From NCBI RefSeq assembly GCF_001194135.2, contig NC_068982.1, forward strand, positions 17,243,342 through 17,282,673: a DNA stretch of 39,332 bases, given 5' to 3'. The stretch is from Octopus bimaculoides. Its lineage: Eukaryota. Within the stretch, counting starts at the first letter, position 1. Every line of letters starts with the position of its first letter. Shown here piece by piece: positions 23,726 through 34,006 of the stretch. The notes under the pieces are model-generated. The model was not told where the DNA came from, did no database searches, and saw only the letters and a program-made list of their open reading frames with translations. A program made the position numbers and the translations under genes.

Positions 23726-23899
23726 CTATCCAGCCATGCCTGTGTCTATCCAACCACACCTGCACCTATCTTATTTGGTCACATTCTCAATTCAAATTTC
23801 ACCTAGGTCAGCTTTGCTTTGCATCCTTTCAGGACTGATTGAATAAAGTATCATTCAAGTAGTGGGATCCAAATTTCAGGCCTTGTATCTATTAGAAAC

Positions 23900-24062
23900 A
23901 GTTTTGGCTGTAGGTTAGCAGAATTGTTAGATCACCAGACAAATTACCTTGTGGTATTTATTCCTGTTCTGATTTCAAATCCTGTTAAAATCAGTTTTAC
24001 CTTTCATCCATCCAGGGTTGGTAAAAATAAGGTATTATTCAAGTACTAGAGTCAGTTTAATC
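23900..24062 (+). mobile_element. SINE family B relic, highly degraded
   Basis: ttagcagaattgttagatcaccagac...ttcaaatcctg...ctttcatccatccagggttggtaaaaataagg; collinear with family B. Confidence 0.5.
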
Positions 24063-24064
24063 AG

Positions 24065-24377
24065 TTAAAGTAGGGGGTCTCCGAAAGGGGTCTCAGGGAG
24101 TAGCATCCCTGGCTTCCTGAGCTAGTTTTCCACCACATTTCTTAAAAATAACGGTAGAGGCCTTGGTTTCAGGACCACTCATGTCTAGAAACTGAGGTTG
24201 GGGGTAAACAAGAGCATGTTCCTCCGTAGAAAATCCAGCCCCAAAAAAGCCTCATGATAGCAAAGGAGAATGGGCACCAGCAAGCCCAAAGGTTGGCATT
24301 GAAGTAGATCCAGCCACCCCCATTAACGGGTACAAAATCCAGACTTAAAACACTGGATGATGATGATGATGATGATG
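24065..24377 (+). mobile_element. Second retroposon 3' end with (GAT)n tail (probably RTE-related)
   Basis: Ends ...gggtacaaaatccagacttaaaacactg(gat)n; tail style shared with family A, body different. Confidence 0.5.
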
Positions 24378-24495
24378 AAACCCTTCTTCTGTGTACTTCT
24401 GGCCTTGTTCTATGTTGGAAGCAATTATACTTAATATTGTTTTTTTGGGGATGGTAATAGTTTTTGCCAATTAACCACATGTATTATGTGCGCGT

Positions 24496-24807
24496 TCTTC
24501 ATTTCAGCTTTATTATTCATCATATTTTAGTGTCGTTTGTGTGAAATCTTTTTGTCACACATCCTGTGACCTCCTCAGTGACCTCTTCATCCCACCTCTC
24601 TCTTCCTGTCTTGTTTGGCTCATTCTGTCTTTCTGTGCTGTCTTGTTCTTAACTGTGCATGTGTTTGCGTCTATATCTCAGACTGACTAAACAAAACAAG
24701 AGGGGACACATGGGTTGGAGAGTTGCCGAAGAGGTCACAGGAAGTGTGACGAAAGATTCCAGAGTAAGGACACTAAAATAACAATAATAATAAAGATGAA
24801 ATGAAGA
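24496..24807. mobile_element. Fold-back / long-TIR MITE-like element
   Basis: The left arm tcttcatttcagctttattatt...attttagtgtc...atctttttgtcacacatcctgtgacctc is the imperfect reverse complement of the right arm gaggtcacaggaagtgtgacgaaagatt...gacactaaaat...aataataaagatgaaatgaaga. Confidence 0.75.
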
Positions 24808-24898
24808 CTAAGTACATACTGTGCATGCACGCATGTGGATAATTGGCAAAATAATGAAAAATAATATGGACCATCATCAAATATTAATTTCAACACAC

Positions 24899-25026
24899 GA
24901 AACTCTGCCAAATTTAGATTGGAGCCTGGTGTTGCCATCCGGTTTCACCAGTCCTCAGTCAAGTCGTCCAACCCATGCTAGCATGGAAAGCGGACGTTAA
25001 ACGATGATGATGATGATGATGATGAT
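24899..25026 (+). mobile_element. RTE family A 3' terminal fragment
   Basis: gaaactctgccaaatttagattggagcc...gcggacgttaaac(gat)n. Confidence 0.85.
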
Positions 25027-25048
25027 TTCACATCAGAAATCTTGCAAA

Positions 25049-25279
25049 GGCAGTGAGCTGGTAGAAACGTTAGCATGCCGGGAGAAATGCTTAGCGTTTT
25101 TTCGTCTACCGTTACGTTCTGAGTTCAAATTCCGCCGAGGTCGACTTTGCCTTTCATCTTCTCGGGGTCGATAAATTAAGTACCAGTTACACACTGGTGT
25201 CGATGTAATCAACTTAATCCCTTTGTCTGTCCTTGTTTGTCCCCTCTATGTTTAGCCCCTTGTGGGCAATGAAGAAATA
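25049..25279 (+). mobile_element. Full-length tRNA-derived SINE family B with a perfect 14-bp TSD
   Basis: TSD AGAAATCTTGCAAA at 25035-25048 and 25280-25293; A-box-like AGCTGGTAGAA and B-box-like GAGTTCAAATTCC. The central gcctttcatcttctcggggtcgataaattaagtacc resembles the recalled Meta-domain of MetaSINEs. Confidence 0.9.
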
Positions 25280-25764
25280 AGAAATCTTGCAAAACAAATA
25301 TCATGCATAAATGTAAGAATTATTATTATCTTATGCAAAATGTAGATGATGGATTAACTTTTTAAAAATCCACCTCTGTTTATTTAACTTGTATATCATC
25401 ATCATTATCATCATCATCATCATCACTTAACATACTGACATGGTTTACCCTGTTTAACATTCATTTTGGGTTTTTTTTTATTCTTGCAAGAATGGCATGG
25501 TACCTGTAAATTTGGTTATTCTTATATGTTTGGAGGATCGTTTTTTGTTTTTTTAATGGGTGCTAATTACTTGGTTATGAAGTTGAGCTGAGATCTAAGG
25601 TCTACAAAGCAGCCTGAAGTAAGTGGATTCAGTGTGCCTTGGCTCAATGCTCAAGACTGTTGGCGCTGAATCAAAGAGTTATTCAGTTCTGTTGTTTAAC
25701 CTGCTCAGCAGTTAAGTCTTCTTACACAAACAAACTCCTTACTGTCTTTAGAATGAGAAACTGT

Positions 25765-26018
25765 ATCATCATCATCATTGTCGTTTAACATCCGCTTTCC
25801 ATGCTTGCATGGGTTGGACGATTTGACTGAGGACTGGTGGACCAGGAGGCAACACCAAGCTCCAATCTGATTTGGCAGAGTTTCTACAGCTGGATGCCCT
25901 TCCTAACGCCAACCACTCCGAGAGTATAGTGAGTGTTTTACGTGCCACCGGCACGAGGGCCAGTCAGGCGGTACTGGCGACGGCCACGCTCGAAATGGTG
26001 TATTTTACGTGCCACCTG
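25765..26018 (-). mobile_element. RTE family A 3' UTR fragment
   Basis: (CAT)n tail plus the family A sequence. Confidence 0.85.
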
Positions 26019-26119
26019 TGTATTTAAAGCAATATATCTTTGGAAAGCTTGACTCATTATAAAGATGTGACAGCAATGTCAGAATACACTCCATATATAA
26101 TTTTTCCGATTATCTACCT

Positions 26120-27556
26120 CAGAGGTTCTCAACATGGATGGTAGTGCTCCCCCAAGAGGGCACTGGGCATGTTGAAGAAGGTGTTAGGCTTTAGGGAGTG
26201 TTAAGGTAACATGACATTCTAAATTTTACCTATAGTATTAATTATATTATACATGATAAAACTAATAATTGTTATTAAAATAAAATGAGATCTCGTCAGG
26301 TACAGAAAAGTCATGAACTTGCAATGTGTAAATTAAATTTATAGTTTTTGTCTTTATTAATTTTTTATCATTTAAGTAAATAGATAAATAAATAAATAAA
26401 TAAATTTAATAATTAAATTTACATTAAATATTTTTTATCGATTATAATAAGTAAAGACTACAAAAAGTTTTTTTCAGAAATTGCATAAAAAATCAGATTA
26501 AGCCCTTTGGCAGCTTAGCTGATTTGGGAAAGTTGGCAGGAGGTCAAAAATTTAAAATAATTACGAAGTCAATAATTATAAATTCATTGCTAAAAGCTTA
26601 TACAATCCATTTTGAGTGTAAAATGAAAAATTATCATAAATGTTTAGTTTAGTCATGACACCATGCTCACTAGTTAGGTGAGCATGAAGCATAACAGCTG
26701 CTTGAGGTTCTCATTCTGGGTGGTACTCCCCCCAAGGGAGCACTAGGCATTTTGAAGAGGGCATTAAGCTTTAGGGAGTGGTTAGGTAACATAATTAACA
26801 TACTTAATTTTACCTATAGTACTAATTATGTTGTACATGATAAAACTAATAATGATTATTAAAATAAAATAAAATCTCATCAAGCACGAGAAAGTCATTA
26901 ACTTGTAATGTGTAAATTAAATTTACAACATCTGTCTTTATTAATTTTGTATCATTTCACTTTTAAAAGTTGATACAATCCATTTTTAGAGTAAAATTTA
27001 TAAATTGTCATCCATTTTAAATTAGTTTAGTCATGATATCTCACTCACCACTTAGGTGGACACAATGCATAACAACTACCGTAAATCCTCGAGTCCGCCC
27101 TTGAGTATAATACACAGGGGATTTTTAGGGGGCTGTACCTCTGAAAAACCTAAACCTTGTGTATAATACGCACCCCTTCTCTAACTTGAGTCAAGGAGGT
27201 CTATATAACATCCTTGGTTTGTAAACGTATATACGGTAACGTCCTTTATTATTAGTGTATATATAACATAATGCAAACGTGTAGCTTTTCTGTGCACTTT
27301 GTTAACAGAAAATAAAGAAATAACAGTAATAATGTCGGTGAAAAATAAATATTAAGTAAATTGCCTTTACATATTTATCACTTAGAAAATTTTGCTTAGA
27401 AAATATTTTTCATTTTTAACCTCGTATATACTACGCACTAGAAATTTTGACCTTTAAATTTTGGGGAAAAAGTGCAGATTATACTCGAGGATTTACGGTA
27501 CTTAAAAGGTGGGAAGGGTACTACAATAAAAAAAAAAAGAAGGTTTAGAACCATTG
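26120..27556. mobile_element. Compound hAT-like non-autonomous element with an internal tandem duplication and a nested MITE
   Basis: Perfect 8-bp TSD ATCTACCT (26112-26119 and 27557-27564); degenerate TIRs CAGAGGTTCTCAAC / GTTTAGAACCATTG; body repeated at 26120-26703 and 26704-27076. Confidence 0.8.
27079..27498. mobile_element. Tc1/mariner-superfamily (pogo/Tc2-like) MITE
   Basis: Perfect 16-bp TIRs CCGTAAATCCTCGAGT / ACTCGAGGATTTACGG with TA TSD (27077-27078 and 27499-27500). Confidence 0.88.
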
Positions 27557-27760
27557 ATCTACCTTTTCACCATTGGTCTACTCCAACTCCATACGGAGTT
27601 GAAGCACTGTTTGAAATCGGGAATATGTAACCAGTAGCCAAATTTCATTTCTGTACATTGTATTTCATATTATATATGGAAGAAAGGGTTGAAATATTTT
27701 TTTTTGTTTTTATTACTATCCCTTTCATTGCTTGTAACTGTCTTGTTTAAACTATTTCAG

Positions 27761-27930
27761 ATGAGAGACTGCCTGCAGACCAAACAAACCTCCCAAGCCA
27801 TTTGGAACAGATGTTGTCTATACTCCAGCAAGAAGAGCAGACATGTGAATCGGGTAGCACTGGGCCATGCATGGAGTACATGCTTCACCACAAGCTGTTG
27901 GAGACTCTTTACACACTGGGCAAGAATGAT
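27761..27930 (+). CDS. FHIP2: FHIP2/FAM160B-like protein, third coding exon ([57 protein letters not shown])
   Basis: Acceptor actatttcag|AT completes the split codon G|AT; 170 nt; phase-0 donor GAT|GTAAGT. Strong match to recalled human [57 protein letters not shown]. Confidence 0.97.
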
Positions 27931-28113
27931 GTAAGTACTCTTGCAACTTAGTAACATGTAGGAAGACCTAATGTTTTCAGCCCTACCAACCTGTTTGATC
28001 TCCTTCTCCTTTTCTTTGTGATCTGCTTTTTACCCTTTCTTTTTCTTCTCTTGTTAATATTTTTTCATTTGTTCATTTTTACATTCATTTTTTTTTTTTT
28101 CATGCTAGCATAT

Positions 28114-28509
28114 AGGTGTAGGAGTGGCTGTGTGGTAAGTAGCTTGCTTACGAATCACATGGTCCCGGGTTCAGTCCCACTGCCTGGCCCCTTGGGCAAG
28201 TGTCTTGTACTTTAGCCTCGGGCCGACCAAAGCCTTGTGAGTGGATTTGGTAGACGGAAACTGAAGGAAGCCCGTCGTATATATGTTTATGTATATATGT
28301 GTGTTTGTGTGTCTGTGTGTCCCCCCAACATCGCTTGATAACCGATGCTGATGTGTTTACGTCCCCGTCACTTAGCGGTTCGGCAAAAGAGACCGATAGA
28401 ATAAGTATTAGGCTTACAAAGAATAAGTCCTGGGGTCGATTTGCTCGACTAAAGGTGGTGCTCCAGCATAGCCGCAGTCAAATGACTGAAACAAGTAAAA
28501 GAGTAAAAG
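28114..28509 (+). mobile_element. Full-length tRNA-derived SINE family C
   Basis: Pol III head (GTGTGGTAAG; GGGTTCAGTCCC), TTGGGCAAGTGTCTT core-like segment, internal TA/TG microsatellite and a 3' tail ending gaaacaagtaaaagagtaaaaga. Confidence 0.88.
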
Positions 28510-28574
<65 letters not shown>

Positions 28575-28575
28575 C
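28510..28575. repeat. (TAT)n microsatellite
   Basis: Pure trinucleotide run following the SINE tail. Confidence 0.95.
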
Positions 28576-28791
28576 AACTTGTTTCAATTCTGTTTCCATT
28601 TCTTGCCGAGAGTCTTCCTCACACCAAGGGCAGAAAAACGCACTGTATACATTGGTAGGCCATTAAAATAAACACTGCAGCTTGTTTATTTATAAAGTCA
28701 TGTGATAGAGAAAAAGGGAAGGAAAGAGAGAAAAATAAAAAATAAAAAAATAGACAAAGAAAATAAAGGGGAAAAAAGTAAAGAAAATTCA

Positions 28792-28919
28792 CTGGCAGAA
28801 TCGTTAGCATGCCAGGCGAAGTGCTTAAGGATATCTCGTCTGCCGCTATGTTCTGAGTTCAAATTCTGCCGAGGTCGACTTTCGCTTTCATCATTTCGGG
28901 GTCGATAAATTAAGTACCA
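28792..28919 (+). mobile_element. SINE family B, 5' part
   Basis: ctggcagaatcgttagcatgccaggcgaagtgctta...gaggtcgactttcgctttcatcatttcggggtcgataaattaagtacc. Confidence 0.85.
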
Positions 28920-28920
28920 A

Positions 28921-29309
28921 CTCATGACCTAGCATGTGAGGCCCAGTTACAATTTTCTTCAGGTCGAATAGCTCATCGCGCTCACAAGGTCCCTGAATAA
29001 GGGTTGTTTAGAGATGTTGGGCAAAGCACCCAAGCCCCAAAGAATTCCTCTCAACACATGGCTATGATGTTCCCCCACTACTTCTGCTTATGATCAGAGA
29101 TGCACATATCGTCAGCCACCAAGGGACATGCTCAACTGATTAAGATCAAACAACTGACAAGCAAATCTGTGGTATTAAGCAGAATATTTGCTGTAGCCCA
29201 TATTTTATACCAAGACAAAACAATGTACATGATAACACTTCCAATCAATTAAGATCAGAAGCCATGAGAGCCACTGCCTGGTACTGCATCAGGGCATTTA
29301 TTATTATTA

Positions 29310-29348
<39 letters not shown>

Positions 29349-29349
29349 G
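28921..29349 (+). mobile_element. Unclassified retroposon-like 3' end with (ATT)n tail
   Basis: Higher-complexity block ending gagccactgcctggtactgcatcagggcattt(att)n; recalled as a common octopus repeat, class not established. Confidence 0.45.
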
Positions 29350-29664
29350 ACTTCTACATGTCTTCATTATTTAGCTACGATAAGCGATCTCTTTTGTCAC
29401 ACTCCAATAACCTGTGTACTAATGTTTGTTCCATCTGCCGATGTTTCCAAACATTCGCCTCTCCTGACCCCTATCTGCCTGCCTTTATGTATTAATCCAC
29501 CCACTTCCGCCCTGTTGACAGAGCTAACTCTCCCAAAACTACAACAATATTTGTTTCAATAAAGGATTTCGGATTGAAACTCGTGTTACGTGCAAAAAGA
29601 AACACAAATATATACACACATTTACACACACAAAATCTCGTGTACATAGACTTACAAACAGACC

Positions 29665-29665
<1 letters not shown>

Positions 29666-29718
<53 letters not shown>

Positions 29719-29884
29719 NNNNNNNNNNNNNNNNNNNNNNNNNNNNNNNNNNNNNNNNNNNNNNNNNNNNNNNNNNNNNNNNNNNNNNNNNNNNNNNNNN
29801 NNNNNNNNNNNNNNNNNNNNNNNNNNNNNNNNNNNNNNNNNNNNNNNNNNNNNNNNNNNNNNNNNNNNNNNNNNNNNNNNNNNN

Positions 29885-29940
<56 letters not shown>
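29666..29940. repeat. (CA)n microsatellite spanning an assembly gap
   Basis: CA runs on both sides of gap 29719-29884. Confidence 0.95.
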
Positions 29941-29941
<1 letters not shown>

Positions 29942-30575
29942 GCACATACGTGTGTATGTGTGTTTGTGAGTATGTATGTGTGCGTTAGTTGAACCTATGT
30001 AGTCCTCATAAACAGGGCTTCTATAGCTATTTCTCCGTAGATTGAAAAAAAATGAGAAACAAGCTTATTGAATTTTCATCAGAGAATCTAGGGATTCATA
30101 GGTGAGAAAATATAGGCACTCTAACGAGTGATTATGTTAATCAAAGTATACAGCATTAGAGATCCACTGCAGCTGATCAGTTTCGCAAAGGATATTAGAT
30201 AAGCAGATGGCTACCTAAGACCGCGCTCGTGAGAGTACACAGTGTGGAAAAAATGGCGATGGCTCTCTGTTACTGGAGGAGAGTAAATAACACGTCCGGC
30301 TTGTGGGTGCAGTGAAAAGGACGAAACGAAGTTGCGGGAGACGATTAAGAGAGGGATTCCTTACCGAAATTTAGAAATAGCAGCTAAATGCCATTCCACT
30401 ATCATATGATATCTCCCAGACAGCAATACTCTTAATTCACGTAGGTAAAGAGAAAAAAAATAACGAATCCACTCGGCTTTGATCAGCTATATACGCGTTT
30501 CTGGATTAAAGAGATGTAAAATATGTTTACTCACTTATTGCTGAATCCTAATTATAATTATGCTTATAATTATAA

Positions 30576-30613
<38 letters not shown>

Positions 30614-31902
30614 TAACAAAGATGTACAGGTGTCAGTTCATTACGGCCGTTTCAAGTGGCTTCATTTAATTGATTAATGAAAACATTACATCAATTTGAA
30701 AGAAACTGTTCTTGTCAGATGAACGCATAGATTTCAAATTTAAAGGATAACCATTTTAAAACATATTTACATCAATAATGGAAACCAAAATATTTACATT
30801 CTTTCCTTTTGTTATAACTGTGGCAGAATGAGTTTAGAAAATAATGCATGCCTTGTTAAGCCTACTATAATTTAGAGAGTAGTAGAGGGGATAGTGGTGG
30901 GGTCAAGATAAAAAGAGTGGTGACGTAGTTACTTATATTCAGAAGTCTTTATGTAGTATGTAGTATTCAACCATTTAGAATTAAATCCATTGAGAGTTGT
31001 CAACTGTATTCTAGTTAATGGTAATAAGTCAATTAATGTCAGACAGTCTGCTAGACTTCCAATGTAGTGGAACCATATATCTAGCTTTATCTACATAAAA
31101 GGGTAGGGTTGCTAGGTTGGTAGTAAGAAAAGGTCTGATGGGGAAAGTGTGGTAACTGCAAGAAGGAAGGATAGGGTTGGCCAATACTTATTTAGATTAT
31201 CAAATTAGAGGGAAATATAATGAAAAACCAAAGGGGATAACTAATATACACTTTAGGGGTGGAAATTAGAATTGAAGGATACGGGAGGAAGTAATTTATA
31301 ACTTAGGAAATTTATAATATTAAATTGAGAAATTTTAATTAATATATAGAATAAGGATAGAAATTAAACCCAAAACCTCATAATGGGATACCTTAATATA
31401 TAAAAAAAATTATCAAGCAATATTCTAAGCATATTATTTAGAAGGTCATGATAAATACATTCTAAAATGAAGAATGTATAACGTAATTAGATTATCATAT
31501 GGGTAGAAGTGCATAGTGTATTTCAAAGCAATAAAATGAACAACGCAGTAAAAAGAACAATGCAGTCAGCACATATAACATATATATATATATATAAGAA
31601 AGAATACAATGTTCACTCATGTCAAATTTATATTATAGATATATATGAGGAAAATAATACAAGGTAGGAAATGCTAAAATAATTTTATTTTAGTACTGGT
31701 TTCAGTCTTTGCGACTTTTTTAAAACTTGGATTAAAGCATGAAAAACAATTAAATAGCGGAAAAATTAAATGAAAAGTTTTTTCTTTAATATTTCCCTAA
31801 TTTTCAAATGCAAGGGACACTTTCCTTTTTTCAGCCTGTCTCTGTCTCTATTTTTTACTCTTGTGAGTTCTAGCAGCAGTTGGTAGTAGTTATATATATA
31901 TA

Positions 31903-32090
31903 GGGAGAATTCACAAAGAAAAAACAACAGACGAAGACAGGTGGTGTAGAAAACAAACAGATGTATTAGTATAATGCTCGGGAATTGAAAAAGTTTTTAA
32001 CGTTTCGAGCCTACGCTCTTCAACAAAAAGGAACACAGAAAGAAACAAGGAGAGAAAAAAATGTGTGTAGTGGTTAGCGATCTATCATGG
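31903..32090 (-). mobile_element. Penelope-like terminal-repeat fragment (second copy of 2827-2999)
   Basis: Reverse complement of 2827-2999, including the hammerhead-like motif at 31993-32031. Confidence 0.5.
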
Positions 32091-32093
32091 CGA

Positions 32094-32127
<34 letters not shown>

Positions 32128-32732
32128 NNNNNNNNNNNNNNNNNNNNNNNNNNNNNNNNNNNNNNNNNNNNNNNNNNNNNNNNNNNNNNNNNNNNNNNNN
32201 NNNNNNNNNNNNNNNNNNNNNNNNNNNNNNNNNNNNNNNNNNNNNNNNNNNNNNNNNNNNNNNNNNNNNNNNNNNNNNNNNNNNNNNNNNNNNNNNNNNN
32301 NNNNNNNNNNNNNNNNNNNNNNNNNNNNNNNNNNNNNNNNNNNNNNNNNNNNNNNNNNNNNNNNNNNNNNNNNNNNNNNNNNNNNNNNNNNNNNNNNNNN
32401 NNNNNNNNNNNNNNNNNNNNNNNNNNNNNNNNNNNNNNNNNNNNNNNNNNNNNNNNNNNNNNNNNNNNNNNNNNNNNNNNNNNNNNNNNNNNNNNNNNNN
32501 NNNNNNNNNNNNNNNNNNNNNNNNNNNNNNNNNNNNNNNNNNNNNNNNNNNNNNNNNNNNNNNNNNNNNNNNNNNNNNNNNNNNNNNNNNNNNNNNNNNN
32601 NNNNNNNNNNNNNNNNNNNNNNNNNNNNNNNNNNNNNNNNNNNNNNNNNNNNNNNNNNNNNNNNNNNNNNNNNNNNNNNNNNNNNNNNNNNNNNNNNNNN
32701 NNNNNNNNNNNNNNNNNNNNNNNNNNNNNNNN

Positions 32733-33093
32733 GCCTCAGGCCAACCAAAGACTTGTCAGTGGAACTGGCAGACGGAAACTGAAAGAAGACCGTCGTATAA
32801 GTGTGTGTGTGTGTGTGTGTGTGTATGATTGTGTGTGTGTGTGTATGATTGTGTGTGGGGGGTGCATGAACGTGTGTGTATCTTAGTGTGTGCGTGTGTG
32901 TATGTGCGTGTGTTTGTCCCCCAGCATCGCTTGACAACCAACGCTGGTGTGTTTACGTCCCCGTAACTTAGCGGTTCGGCAAAAGAGACCGATTAGTATT
33001 AGGCTTACAAAGTCCTGGGGGCGATTTTTTTTACTAAAGGTGGTGCTCCAGCATGGCCGCAGTCAAATGACTGAAACAAATAAAAGAATAAAA
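32733..33093 (+). mobile_element. SINE family C, body and 3' tail
   Basis: gcctcaggccaaccaaagacttgtcagtgga...cttagcggttcggcaaaagagacc...gcagtcaaatgactgaaacaaataaaag. Confidence 0.85.
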
Positions 33094-33112
33094 GTATTAA
33101 AAAATATATATA

Positions 33113-33328
33113 CGAGAGGGTGCTGAAAATTTCCAGGCTTTAAGAGGATTGTGAAAAGCCTGGTTGGAAGACCAGCCTTCCGACTTCTTTTACAGGACTT
33201 TGAGAAACTGAAGGACTGCTGTAACAAGTGTATGAATCTGAGCGGGGAATATGTTGAGTAAAATCATGATTAACCGATCCTCTAGTATTTTCTTTTGCCT
33301 AAAGCCAGGAATTTGCAGTCCACCCTCG
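33113..33328 (+). mobile_element. Internally deleted mariner element retaining the transposase C-terminal codons
   Basis: Imperfect TIRs of about 30 bp (TA|CGAGAGGGTGCTGAAAATTTCCAGGCTTTA versus TAAAGCCAGGAATTTGCAGTCCACCCTCG). The frameshifted relic AWLEDQPSDFFYR / KLKDCCNKCMNLSGEYVE* resembles the mariner end ...KL..RW.KC....GDYVE. Confidence 0.75.
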
Positions 33329-33383
33329 TGTATATACTTGTGTGTGTGTGTATATATATATAGTCTGTTAAAGTCTGTCATAC

Positions 33384-33425
33384 TGGCCATGATGAAGGGA
33401 AATAGCCCTGAAACTCGAGTCGCCT
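33384..33425 (+). ncRNA. Minimal hammerhead-ribozyme-like motif (degenerate at C3)
   Basis: GGC-CAUGAUGA-AGGG(AAAUAG)CCCU-GAA-ACUCGAGU-C-GCC: 4-bp stem II, perfect 8-nt palindromic helix III, GUC triplet, 3-bp helix I. Confidence 0.45.
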
Positions 33426-33974
33426 TTATATATTTATATATTTATATTTATATATTTGATCCTTTATATTGAACACTCAATATTTCATCTACATTCAATA
33501 CTTTATTTCATGGTGCCATCCATTTTTATTTTATTTTATTTTATATTATATATTGTATATTATATTATATATTGTATATTCCATATTCTATACCCCACAT
33601 TGGTTCTGCAGGAATATAAATAAAACATAAAAAACAGACAGTGTTGGAACTCTTTTAAACAAAATAATATATANNNNNNNNNNNNNNNNNNNNNNNNNNN
33701 NNNNNNNNNNNNNNNNNNNNNNNNNNNNNNNNNNNNNNNNNNNNNNNNNNNNNNNNNNNNNNNNNNNNNNNNNNNNNNNNNNNNNNNNNNNNNNNNNNNN
33801 NNNNNNNNNNNNNNNNNNNNNNNNNTATATATACACACACCTACGTATATGTGTGTAAGTACATGTGTGTGTATCCATGTATGTGATATTTTTGTGATGT
33901 TTTTGCAAAATATTTTTTAAAACACGGCGGTGCATCAGCATGGCCGCAGCTCTAAGCTGAAACTATAAACAACA

Positions 33975-33975
33975 G

Positions 33976-34006
<31 letters not shown>

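Noticed and set aside
27689-27934. ORF-track peptide MKYFFLFLLLSLSLLVTVLF... resembling a secreted protein
   Set aside because: Wrong frame over the true FHIP2 exon 3; the hydrophobic start is the intron's pyrimidine tract.
30780-31400. Purine-skewed block possibly derived from an old retroelement ORF
   Set aside because: No conserved motif could be read in any frame.
31694-31722. Minus-strand AGUC(GCAAA)GACU-GAAAC-CA-GUA half-hammerhead
   Set aside because: The CUGANGA core is entirely absent; not supportable on its own.
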